Shown here: in pieces, positions 9,026 to 18,107 of the stretch
How positions within the stretch are numbered: position 1 is the stretch's first letter
Layout of the letters: each line of letters starts with the position of its first letter
Source of the DNA: Cytophagales bacterium
GTDB taxonomy: Bacteria; Bacteroidota; Bacteroidia; Cytophagales; UBA9547
Length of the DNA: 64,000 nt
Direction of reading: 5' to 3'
Assembly (NCBI GenBank): GCA_033765235.1
Contig: JANRIG010000036.1
Coordinates: forward strand, 139,558 to 203,557
Translations under genes and position numbers: made by a program
The notes under the pieces: model-generated
Told to the model about the DNA's origin: nothing
The model's input: only the letters and a program-made list of their open reading frames with translations
Database searches by the model: none

Positions 9026-10816
9026 ATGCATGTATTTTCAAGATGTATTATACTATTAGCCTGCCTTTTTTTGTATTCAGGCAATATATTTAGTCAGGAT
9101 ACTTATACTGTTGATGGGGCATCCTTCCATAAATACAGACTACTGAATACTAAAGATATACCTGATAGCATTATTATTTCTACTCCTGACTCTATACTCA
9201 AATATGAACCCATATCTATTAATTATGTTGCACCTAACGAACAATACTGGATATATGTCAAAGGGAACAATTCAGAAAAAAAAAATGTATGCTTGGTCAC
9301 TCTAAATGACTTTCCTGTGTATGACATATATCAAGTGGACAAATCAGGTAAAATCCTCAAAGTGGAGAAATTTGGGTATCAGAATAGTTCTAAGGATAAA
9401 AGGTTACAATTTATCTCACATGTATTCGCTATTGACAATACTACTGATGAATATAGAATATTCATCAAGCTCAAAGGCTTAAGATTTGCAACTGGTTTCC
9501 CTTTAGAGTTTACCCATTTGCACAATGCCGTAAATGAAGAGATAAATATGCGCGATATGCTATTCTTTAAGGTGGGTATTGTGCTGTTTACCATAGCCTT
9601 TAGTATGTTGCTTTGGATTAGATTTTGGAGTTGGCAATATTTGTATTTTACGTTGTTTTGCGTTTCATTTTTAGGATATATACAGATATACTCCAAAAAT
9701 ATACATAATTATTTTTCAATGAAAAATTATATTGTTGGCTACGATTATTTCTCATACCCTTATGTGAGTATGATTATATTCATAGTACTTTTTGCTGCTT
9801 CATATATTGAGTTGAGCAGGTATAAATTTTTCTACTATACTTTATTAATAAGTATCACTATCCGTTTGCTGATATACTTATACTCGCTTTATAATCAAGA
9901 AATTATATTTTTTCATCCTGCTATTGACAATATATCTCTGTTCATAGTTTTAATAGCATACATCAAATATATGCATAAAGTAAAAACATCTTGGATTGTA
10001 TTCATCGCACTTTTGATTATGGCCATTACATTTTTATTTCATACATCATCATATTTTGGTTCAGGGTATTACCAATCTTATTTAGTCACTTTTTTTAATA
10101 TTCAAACAGTAGGATTTGTAGTATTTGTACTTTTCAGTATAAGTGTGGTGGCCAAATTTTGGCTCACACAACAGGAAAAAACAACAGCTCTAAACAATAT
10201 TGTAGAAGTGCAAGCAAAAAACAATCGAGAGCTCGAAAGGTTGGTAGAGATTCGTACCAAAACCATAATGGAGCAAGCCCAAGAAATAGCAGACCAGGCT
10301 GACAAAATACAAAAAATGAATGAATTACTCAAGATAGATAATACTAACCTAAAAGTAAATATAGAAGAAGTAAAACATGCCCAAATGATGCATAAAAATG
10401 TCAGTTTTGATGATTTTTTGGTTACCTACCCCGACAATGAGGCATGCCAGGCATACTTACATGAGCTCAAGATTGAGAAAAATATACAATTTGTTTGCAA
10501 CAAATGCGGGAACAGTGCAGGTACATTTATAGCCATCAATTATGGTACACGTTGTACTAAATGCGGTTATTTAGAGCCTGTTACATATAATACAGTCTAT
10601 TATAATGTAAAATTTCCACTTAATAAGGCATTTTACCTTACCTATTTGATAAGCACCAATCAGGTTTATACCCTCGAAAATATCTCAAAAATCATAAATC
10701 TGAGAAAACAAACTTGTTTTACATTTATTAATAAACTTAAAAATATAAAGATAAAAAAACATAAAATGAAACCCGGCGAAGAAGGGTGGATAAACTACAT
10801 ATTTACAGATGATTAA
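9026..10816 (+). CDS. 7TM-DISM membrane sensor with coiled coil and C-terminal IS1595-transposase-like Zn-ribbon/HTH domain
   Basis: Signal peptide, beta-rich extracellular domain, about 7 hydrophobic helices, S-helix-like ELERLVEIRT, then YPDNEACQAYLHELK...CNKC...CTKC...TVYYNVKFPLNKAFYLTYL. Confidence 0.8.
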   Translation: MHVFSRCIILLACLFLYSGNIFSQDTYTVDGASFHKYRLLNTKDIPDSIIISTPDSILKYEPISINYVAPNEQYWIYVKGNNSEKKNVCLVTLNDFPVYDIYQVDKSGKILKVEKFGYQNSSKDKRLQFISHVFAIDNTTDEYRIFIKLKGLRFATGFPLEFTHLHNAVNEEINMRDMLFFKVGIVLFTIAFSMLLWIRFWSWQYLYFTLFCVSFLGYIQIYSKNIHNYFSMKNYIVGYDYFSYPYVSMIIFIVLFAASYIELSRYKFFYYTLLISITIRLLIYLYSLYNQEIIFFHPAIDNISLFIVLIAYIKYMHKVKTSWIVFIALLIMAITFLFHTSSYFGSGYYQSYLVTFFNIQTVGFVVFVLFSISVVAKFWLTQQEKTTALNNIVEVQAKNNRELERLVEIRTKTIMEQAQEIADQADKIQKMNELLKIDNTNLKVNIEEVKHAQMMHKNVSFDDFLVTYPDNEACQAYLHELKIEKNIQFVCNKCGNSAGTFIAINYGTRCTKCGYLEPVTYNTVYYNVKFPLNKAFYLTYLISTNQVYTLENISKIINLRKQTCFTFINKLKNIKIKKHKMKPGEEGWINYIFTDD

Positions 10817-10845
10817 TAACAAATTTATTTTTTAATTTGTTATTA
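10814..10845. terminator. Perfect 12-bp AT-rich inverted repeat between convergent 7TM gene and tRNA-Glu (possible bidirectional terminator)
   Basis: TAATAACAAATT (10814-10825) and AATTTGTTATTA (10834-10845) with an 8-nt loop. Confidence 0.45.
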
Positions 10846-10846
10846 G

Positions 10847-10918
10847 TAGTCCGTAGGGGAATCGAACCCCTGTTTCCTCCGTGAAAGGGAGATGTCCTAA
10901 CCCCTAGACGAACGGACC
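10847..10918 (-). tRNA. tRNA-Glu (anticodon TTC), CCA not encoded
   Basis: Minus strand GGTCCGTTCGTCTAGGGGTTAGGACATCTCCC-TTTCA-CGGAGGAAACAGGGGTTCGATTCCCCTACGGACTA; acceptor stem, anticodon arm and T-loop GTTCGATTC are intact. Confidence 0.97.
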
Positions 10919-10939
10919 GTTTTTTGAAAATTAGGACTG

Positions 10940-10947
10940 CAAAGGTA
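10940..10947 (-). promoter_or_regulatory. Bacteroidota sigma-A -7 element (TACCTTTG) for tRNA-Glu
   Basis: Exact TAnnTTTG match 21 nt upstream of the tRNA 5' end. Confidence 0.7.
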
Positions 10948-11068
10948 GGGAATAATTTAAAATTTAAGATTTAAAATTTGAAATTATTTTTTATAAATAC
11001 ACAACTTATTGTAAAACAGCATAATAGCATAGTAGATAATAAAGATATTCAATCTTTAATTTTATAAT

Positions 11069-13003
11069 TTACAATATTTTACATTCTATCCTGCGGTTTT
11101 GTTTTCGGTTGGCATCTGTATCATTGGGTGCTACAGGCATTTTATCACCATAGCCTTTGAATTTTACACGACTTTGGTCTATGCCGTTTTCGACCAGGTA
11201 GTCAAATACAGATTCTGCGCGCTTGGTGCTGAGGTTCATATTATTGACAGCCAAGCCTACATTATCAGTGTGCCCGCTTATTTCTACTTTGAGGTCTGCA
11301 TTTTGGTTAAGAAAGTTGATGAGTTTGTCGAGTTCAGCGGTTGATTTTTTTTCTAATTTATACTTGCCTGTTTCAAAAAATATATTGTTGAGCGTAATGG
11401 ATAGGCCTTGCTTGATAGGGTCAAGGTACACATCTAAGTTGAGCGGGTCAAATTTTTGTTCGTTTTCAAAATTAAAAGCATGGCTTTTGTACAGGTATCC
11501 AAGCTTTTGTACATACAATCCGTATTGGGTATTTTCATTGAGCACTATAAGATAAGAGCCATTTACAGGGTCTGATTTTAAGAAACTTTCAGATTTGTTG
11601 GTTTTCAGATTTATGAGTTCTATCACTGCAGATATGGGCTGCTTGGTATCATTGTCATACACAGTGCCTTTGGCGTAGGTACATTTGTCTTTGCAGGACA
11701 CCTCTTGAGGTAGGGCAAACTCATATATGTAATATTTTTCATTGTTGTTTTGAGTTTTAGCTTCAGCAGATATATAAGCCTTTTGGCAATCTGCGGTGAT
11801 GAAAATAGATGATTCTTCTAAGTGTGTGTTGATAGGGTAGCCAAGATTTTGGGGTATAGACCAGTTGCTGAGTGAGTCTTTGTAGCAATAAAATATATCA
11901 AAACTGCCGTATCCCAAATGATAGTCAGATGCAAAGAAAAATGTAGACATAGTAGGGTGAATGAATGGGGCTACCTCTCTGCCGGGTGTGTTTATTAGGT
12001 CGCCAAGATTGAGCGGCGGGCTCCATCTGCCTTCGTGGTCGGCTTGAGCCATCCATATGTCTTCTTCTCCGTATCCGCCAGGGCGCTTGGAACTGAAGTA
12101 TATCGTTTTGCCATCGGGCGATAGAGAGGGCTGAGAGTCCCAAAAGGGAGAGTTTATTTTAGTACCCATATTCACGGGCTTGCTCCATATATTGCCCTCG
12201 TTGTATGATATATATAAGTCGCAGTCGGAGTCGTTGCGAGTAGCACCGCCGCATTTGGTAAATACCAGTACTTTGCCATCGGCAGATATGGTACAGGTAC
12301 CTTCGTTGAGGTTGGCACTGTTTATGTTTTCAGAAATAGGCTGAGCCTCCATCCATTTCCCGTCTTTGTTTTCGGATATGTACATGTCTTCATATTCCAT
12401 ACTTCCTATTTTTTCGCGTACGGTAAATACCATTTTGCTTTGGTCGGCAGTGGTCACCGGGAAATATTGTTTGTTGAATTTATTGATTTCCGGAGGAAGT
12501 CTTTGGGGTTGAATATTTACAGGGTGCTGTATATTTTGCAAAGCAAAGTCGCAAATGAGTATATATCGTTGTGCTTTTTCTAAAAATGGTTTTGGGTCTT
12601 TGTATCCAAACTTTATGTATCGAGTGTAGGCAGCTTTGGCATTGGCATAGGCACCGTCGTGCAGGTATATGTCTGCCAATATTCTGTACACCAATGAGTT
12701 GGTATAGTTTTTGTTAATTTTTAATATTTTTTCGAAATGATATTGCAACAATGGAATGTTGCGCTCAAAGTTTTTATACAACATCCCTAATTGAAAATGA
12801 GCATCTGTAAAATTGGAATCGCGCTCTACAGCTTCTTTAAATTTTTTTATGGAAATATCCCATTTACGGTCTTGCAGGTTTTTGATGCCCTCGTTAAATG
12901 CATTTATAGCTTTTTTGTTTTTAGAGGTCAGGTAGTTGTCTTGTGCCAATCCAATGCAGCACACTGACAACGAAAAATATAGTATATGTATTCTGCGTAA
13001 CAA
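11069..13003 (-). CDS. PorE-like OmpA-family protein (TPR + PD40 beta-propeller + carboxypeptidase-regulatory-like + OmpA C-terminal domain), T9SS/envelope associated
   Basis: TPR helices, repeated WDSQPSLSPDG/EVAPFIHP PD40 motifs, C-terminal NNIFFETGK...ISGHTDN...LSTKRAESV...NRRIE; a TAATTTTG -7 element lies at 13028-13035. Confidence 0.85.
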   Translation of the reverse strand: MLRRIHILYFSLSVCCIGLAQDNYLTSKNKKAINAFNEGIKNLQDRKWDISIKKFKEAVERDSNFTDAHFQLGMLYKNFERNIPLLQYHFEKILKINKNYTNSLVYRILADIYLHDGAYANAKAAYTRYIKFGYKDPKPFLEKAQRYILICDFALQNIQHPVNIQPQRLPPEINKFNKQYFPVTTADQSKMVFTVREKIGSMEYEDMYISENKDGKWMEAQPISENINSANLNEGTCTISADGKVLVFTKCGGATRNDSDCDLYISYNEGNIWSKPVNMGTKINSPFWDSQPSLSPDGKTIYFSSKRPGGYGEEDIWMAQADHEGRWSPPLNLGDLINTPGREVAPFIHPTMSTFFFASDYHLGYGSFDIFYCYKDSLSNWSIPQNLGYPINTHLEESSIFITADCQKAYISAEAKTQNNNEKYYIYEFALPQEVSCKDKCTYAKGTVYDNDTKQPISAVIELINLKTNKSESFLKSDPVNGSYLIVLNENTQYGLYVQKLGYLYKSHAFNFENEQKFDPLNLDVYLDPIKQGLSITLNNIFFETGKYKLEKKSTAELDKLINFLNQNADLKVEISGHTDNVGLAVNNMNLSTKRAESVFDYLVENGIDQSRVKFKGYGDKMPVAPNDTDANRKQNRRIECKIL

Positions 13004-13180
13004 ATTGAATTATTATCAATATTTTCCCAAAATTAATTTATTATTTGACAAATAATAAATCAAACAACTCTTGAGGCTATTTTTATTCATCATATATCTA
13101 CAATATGCAATAAATATGAGGCTATGTAAAATGTATTTCGTTTTTTTGCAAGTTGATTTTTAGCTTATTATTACTATTTT

Positions 13181-14566
13181 ATGAAAATATTAAAATTCTC
13201 TGAATCATCATTCAAAGATGCACAGTGTATAGACAAAGTATTAACTATAATAAGAGGTAATGCAGCCAACCATACTCATGTGGTGGTGGTATGCCCTACC
13301 ATAGCCAATACAGGTCATAGACTGGCCGAGATGAGCAGCCTCACCAAAGAGTCTAAAGAAGGATACAAAGACTTGCTCAAATCTATTGAAGATGAGCATT
13401 TTGGTATTGCCAAGCATTTCATAGACGTGAAAAGGCAAGCCAAAGTCATAGCCAACCTCAAAATGATGCTCAATGAGCTTGAAGAAATACTATATGGCGT
13501 GTATCTGCTTTGGGAGCTTTCGCCTCGTACCCTTGACCATATTCATGGATTTGGCACCCAACTTACTTCTTACCTGCTCAGTGAATGTATCAAAGAAACC
13601 GGCACAGACTCTGTGTTGCTCGACAGCAAAACATTTATTAAGACCAATGACAGGTATGGTCATGCTCAAATATTAGAAGACGAAAGCGATAAAATCATAT
13701 ACTCAATTTTCAAAGATACCAAGCCCGTCACGGTGGTTTCTGGTGGAGTAGGCAGCACCCTCAAGGGTGAGTCTACAGTTTTGGGCAAGTCCGGAGTAAG
13801 CTACACAGCTTCTTATTTGGCTGCTACACTCAAGTGTGAAATGCTGGAAGTATATACCACCCGAGACGGTATTTATAACTCAGACAAACGATGGGTGCAC
13901 ACTGCATACAGCCTCCCTCATCTTACTTATAACGAAGCTATGGAAATGGCCAACTTTGATATGGACGTAATATATCCACCGGCTTTTGAGCCTGCATTCA
14001 GCGAAAAAATTCCTGTGCTCATTCTCAATCTTTTCAACCCTGATTTCAAAGGCACACTTATCAATGACAAACCTGCCCATGACAAAAACCCAATAAAATG
14101 TACCTCAGCTATTGCACGTGTGAGCTTGCTCACCATACAAGGGGCAGGTATGATAGGGGTAGCTGGAGTAGCAGCACGTTTTTTTGCTACTTTGGCCAAT
14201 ATGAATGTCAGCATAGTGTTCATCACCCAATCATCATCTGAGCAGTCTATCACAGTAGCCATTGCATCTGAGCAGGCTATGGCAGCAAAGCAAATGTTGG
14301 ATAATGAATTTGAAATTGAAATAAAAAATTATAAGTTGCAAAACATAACTATTAAGCCTGATATGGCTATTGTGGCCATCATAGGTGAAAACATGAAAAA
14401 CTCACCCGGCATAGCCGGAAAAATATTCACTGCCATTGGCCATCAAAATATCAACATTGCTGCCATAGCACAAGGTTCATCCGAACTCAATATATCTATA
14501 GTAGTAGAAAGTGGTCATTTGCAAAAAGTATTAAATACAATACAAACCCATTTCTTTGCATCATAG
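13181..14566 (+). CDS. Aspartokinase-like protein (ThrA-type kinase domain + 2 ACT domains, no homoserine dehydrogenase) with degenerate catalytic motifs
   Basis: Collinear with the ThrA N-terminal half (ELSPRTLD, EAMEMA, GMIGVAG, ITQSSSEQSI, IAQGSSELNIS), but KFGG is KFSE and GRGGSD is GKSGVS. Confidence 0.85.
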   Translation: MKILKFSESSFKDAQCIDKVLTIIRGNAANHTHVVVVCPTIANTGHRLAEMSSLTKESKEGYKDLLKSIEDEHFGIAKHFIDVKRQAKVIANLKMMLNELEEILYGVYLLWELSPRTLDHIHGFGTQLTSYLLSECIKETGTDSVLLDSKTFIKTNDRYGHAQILEDESDKIIYSIFKDTKPVTVVSGGVGSTLKGESTVLGKSGVSYTASYLAATLKCEMLEVYTTRDGIYNSDKRWVHTAYSLPHLTYNEAMEMANFDMDVIYPPAFEPAFSEKIPVLILNLFNPDFKGTLINDKPAHDKNPIKCTSAIARVSLLTIQGAGMIGVAGVAARFFATLANMNVSIVFITQSSSEQSITVAIASEQAMAAKQMLDNEFEIEIKNYKLQNITIKPDMAIVAIIGENMKNSPGIAGKIFTAIGHQNINIAAIAQGSSELNISIVVESGHLQKVLNTIQTHFFAS

Positions 14567-14632
14567 CCTTATTTTTGAACCCTGAATCATTTTTTTATGT
14601 TTTTATTTAGAATAATTATAATTTAGTAATCA

Positions 14633-15865
14633 ATGCCCCAAATTAACGCTTACGATATAACCAAAATAAGAAATGACTTCCCGGTACTCAACCAAAAAGT
14701 GCATGACAAGCCATTAATATATCTCGACAATGCAGCTACTACCCAAAAGCCACAGAGTGTGATAAATGCCATAACACAATATTATGAAACTATCAATGCC
14801 AACATACACAGAGGCTTACACACACTGGCAGATAAGGCTACATGGCAATTTGAAAACTCACGAAGTGCGCTCGCAAAGTTTATCAATGCTCAAGCACCCG
14901 AGCAAGTAATATTTACCAGAGGCGTCACAGAAGCCATCAATTTGGTGGCACGCTCCTATGGAGCCAAATTTTTAAAAGCTGGAGACGAAGTATTGATTTC
15001 TACCCTTGAGCACCACTCCAATATAGTACCTTGGCAATTGATATGTGATGAAAAAGGTGCAATACTCAAAATTATCCCTATCAGTGATGATGGTGAAATA
15101 ATATATGAAGAATATATAAAATTACTTTCAGAAAAAGTAAAAATAGTATCTATAGTACATGTATCCAATGCTTTGGGAATAGTAAACCCTGTAAATCAAA
15201 TGATACAAGATGCCCATAAGTATGGTGCAGTGGTGTTAGTAGATGGTGCCCAAGCAGCATCACATTTACCTATAGATGTGCAAACCTTAGATGCAGACTT
15301 TTATGCACTTTCGGCGCATAAATTTTACGGACCTACAGGCATAGGAGCACTCTATGGCAAGCATGACATACTAGACAGCATGAACCCATACATGGGAGGT
15401 GGCGAAATGATAAAAGAAGTGACATTTGCCGGCACCACCTACAACGAACTGCCTTACAAATTTGAAGCAGGCACTCCAAATATTGCCGATACCATAGCTA
15501 TGAGTCATGCATTAGACTATATAACCAAAATAGGTAAAGGCAACATAGCCTCCCACGAAGATGCCTTATTGCACTACGCTACCGGCAAACTCTTAGAAAT
15601 ACCTAATCTACAAATATTTGGAAATGTAAATGATAAAGTAAGTGTAATTTCGTTTTTGGTAAAAGGCATTCACCCTCAAGACATGGGTATCATACTCGAT
15701 AGTGAGGGAGTAGCTGTGCGCACAGGGCACCACTGTACCCAGCCACTCATGGCACGCTTAGGCATATCAGGTACTGTAAGAGCATCATTTGCCATGTACA
15801 ATACTTTTGAGGAAATAGATACATTAGTCTTTGGTATTCACAAAGCTGTAAAGATGCTGCAATGA
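14633..15865 (+). CDS. sufS: SufS-type cysteine desulfurase
   Basis: YLDNAATTQKP, FTRGVTEAIN, LEHHSNIVPWQ, SAHKFYGPTG (PLP Lys), RTGHHC (catalytic Cys). Confidence 0.95.
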   Translation: MPQINAYDITKIRNDFPVLNQKVHDKPLIYLDNAATTQKPQSVINAITQYYETINANIHRGLHTLADKATWQFENSRSALAKFINAQAPEQVIFTRGVTEAINLVARSYGAKFLKAGDEVLISTLEHHSNIVPWQLICDEKGAILKIIPISDDGEIIYEEYIKLLSEKVKIVSIVHVSNALGIVNPVNQMIQDAHKYGAVVLVDGAQAASHLPIDVQTLDADFYALSAHKFYGPTGIGALYGKHDILDSMNPYMGGGEMIKEVTFAGTTYNELPYKFEAGTPNIADTIAMSHALDYITKIGKGNIASHEDALLHYATGKLLEIPNLQIFGNVNDKVSVISFLVKGIHPQDMGIILDSEGVAVRTGHHCTQPLMARLGISGTVRASFAMYNTFEEIDTLVFGIHKAVKMLQ

Positions 15866-16012
15866 TAGATATTGCATTTATTTATCCATATTTTTTTTGT
15901 ATAGTTGTCTCAAAGAATTTGTTTGTATCGTACCACTTATATATTTTTGTAAAACACATATTTGCATTGAGGTATAGATTAAGAATTCCATAGTAAAAAA
16001 TATTCTTACAAT

Positions 16013-16966
16013 ATGAACATAAAAATCCCGCTTTATATTATTTTGTTATTAATCATAAATATACAAGTATTTGCCCAAAACCCCAATCGTACACAACTTA
16101 GATTTAAGCAAGACCATGACCGCGCCGCCAAAAAATCTACTATAAAACGAGACTTTACGCCCATAGACAAGGACACAGACAAAGACGGAGTGTTAGATAT
16201 AAATGACAAATGTCCGGGTTTGGGAATAAAAGGTCAAGTAACTCCATTTGGTTGTCCAAACGATAGCGACTTTGATGGAATATATGACTCAGAAGATGCC
16301 TGTGTAAATGACCCCGGCCCGCGCGAAAACCACGGATGCCCTTGGGCAGATACAGACGGCGACGGGGTGCTGGACAAAGATGATGAGTGTATTACCGTGA
16401 AAGGACTTCCTGATTTTCACGGATGCCCCGATACAGATAGCGATGGCATACCCGACTTGCTCGACAACTGTCCCAAACAAGCCGGTACTTGGGAGCTCAA
16501 AGGTTGTCCCCCGCTGGATAGCGACAATGATGGAGTGCCTGACTCAGAAGATATATGCCCCAAAACAGCAGGCATACCGGAGCTTAGAGGATGCCCACCT
16601 CTAAAACCTGAAGAAAAAGAAGCTCTCAAACGCGCCTTTGACAATTTGCTCTTTGAAACAGGGAGCGATGTCATTGTAGAATCTTCTTTCCCATCTCTCA
16701 ACGATTTAGCCAAAATATTGATAAATAACCCGATTACAAAACTTCGCCTCGAAGGCCACACCGATGATGTGGGCGATGATGACAGCAACATGATACTGTC
16801 TCGCAAACGTGCAGCTGCAGTAGAGAGATACTTAGAAGATAAAAGTGTGCAAAATACCCGTATCACCTCCGAAGGATTTGGTGAAACTCGTCCTAAATTG
16901 CCAAACGATACAGATGGCAACCGAAAAGTAAACCGTAGAGTAGAAATGATACTCACCTACGAATAA
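16013..16966 (+). CDS. OmpA-family protein with thrombospondin type-3 (Ca-binding) repeats
   Basis: Six DxDxDG(V/I)xDxxDxCP-type repeats followed by LLFETGS...EGHTDD...LSRKRAAAV...NRRVE. Confidence 0.9.
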   Translation: MNIKIPLYIILLLIINIQVFAQNPNRTQLRFKQDHDRAAKKSTIKRDFTPIDKDTDKDGVLDINDKCPGLGIKGQVTPFGCPNDSDFDGIYDSEDACVNDPGPRENHGCPWADTDGDGVLDKDDECITVKGLPDFHGCPDTDSDGIPDLLDNCPKQAGTWELKGCPPLDSDNDGVPDSEDICPKTAGIPELRGCPPLKPEEKEALKRAFDNLLFETGSDVIVESSFPSLNDLAKILINNPITKLRLEGHTDDVGDDDSNMILSRKRAAAVERYLEDKSVQNTRITSEGFGETRPKLPNDTDGNRKVNRRVEMILTYE

Positions 16967-16991
16967 TATTCACGATAATAAAAAAAAGATT

Positions 16992-18056
16992 GTGAACCTA
17001 CTTCGCGAACCGACAAGCGACGAAAAAAAGAGGCTTCAAATAAAAGCTGGAATCATCATATTCATTGGGGTATTTTTTGCGGTATTCAGTTTCTACATTT
17101 ATCAAATTTTTTTTTCTGACAACTTGCAAATTAACAAACCTGACAAACCACTGTATATAAGGACAGGTGCTACCTTTGAAGAAGTAGCTGACTCACTTAT
17201 GCAGGGAGGATATGTACATGACAGGTTATCATTTATGTTTCTCTCAAAACTCACAGGATATAGAGAGCATGTGCAGCCCGGCAGATACCTCATAACCACT
17301 AACATGAACAACTATGCATTGTTCAAAAAATTGAACAATGGCAGGCAAGACCCACTCAAACTCACCATAGTGAATGTGAGAACCATGACAGACCTTGCAC
17401 TCAAAATATCTAATAAGCTCGAAATAAGCTACCAATCTGTGCTTGACACCCTTATAAGGCCCGATGTAGCCCAAAGGTACGGCTTTAACGATACCACATT
17501 TATTGCCATGTTTTTGCCCGACACCTATGAGATATATTGGACATGGCAAATGCCTCAAATATTATCCATGTTTCAAAAGCAATATTTAAATTTTTGGAAC
17601 CAAGAGCGTAGAGAAAAGGCTCAAGCCATAAAGCTTACTCCTAAAGAAGTCATCATTATGGCATCTATAGTGCAGGCTGAGACCAACATAGATGACGAAA
17701 AACCACGTATAGCAGGGGTATATATGAATAGGTACAATGGAAAAAAACGGTTGCAAGCAGACCCCACACTTATATTTGCCACCCAAGACTTTAGTGCCAA
17801 GCGCGTCACAGAGTATCACAGGTATTTCAAGTCGCCCTTTAATACTTATCGAAAAATAGGACTGCCACCCGGACCTATTAATATTCCTTCCATATCATCC
17901 ATAGAAGCTGTGCTCAACTACGAAAAACACGAATACTATTTTTTTTGTGCAGCACCCGACCTGAGCGGAAAGCACCTTTTCAGCAAAACTTTTGACGACC
18001 ATCTGCAAGTAGCACAAACCTATTGGAAATCACTCGATAAGGCTAATATACATTGA
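16992..18056 (+). CDS. mltG: Endolytic transglycosylase MltG
   Basis: N-terminal TM, MASIVQAET (catalytic Glu), LQADPT, SPFNTYRKIGLPPGPI. Confidence 0.95.
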   Translation: MNLLREPTSDEKKRLQIKAGIIIFIGVFFAVFSFYIYQIFFSDNLQINKPDKPLYIRTGATFEEVADSLMQGGYVHDRLSFMFLSKLTGYREHVQPGRYLITTNMNNYALFKKLNNGRQDPLKLTIVNVRTMTDLALKISNKLEISYQSVLDTLIRPDVAQRYGFNDTTFIAMFLPDTYEIYWTWQMPQILSMFQKQYLNFWNQERREKAQAIKLTPKEVIIMASIVQAETNIDDEKPRIAGVYMNRYNGKKRLQADPTLIFATQDFSAKRVTEYHRYFKSPFNTYRKIGLPPGPINIPSISSIEAVLNYEKHEYYFFCAAPDLSGKHLFSKTFDDHLQVAQTYWKSLDKANIH

Positions 18057-18107
18057 TTATTTCGGGAAAAAAGTAATTGGAGTATTAACACCCATTCTAT
18101 TTACTTA

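Noticed and set aside
10400-10816. Active or recently inserted IS1595 element
   Set aside because: Only the Zn-ribbon/HTH-like part is present, in frame with the sensor; there is no DDE domain, terminal inverted repeats or target duplication.
8582-10918. tRNA-Glu-anchored genomic island containing the 7TM sensor
   Set aside because: The region is AT-rich and at the tRNA 3' side, but no duplicated tRNA 3' end (att site) and no integrase were found.
13181-14566. Annotation as an ordinary lysC/thrA, or as a pseudogene
   Set aside because: Catalytic motifs are too altered for a confident enzyme call, yet the ORF is full length and uninterrupted with conserved ACT domains, so neither label fits.
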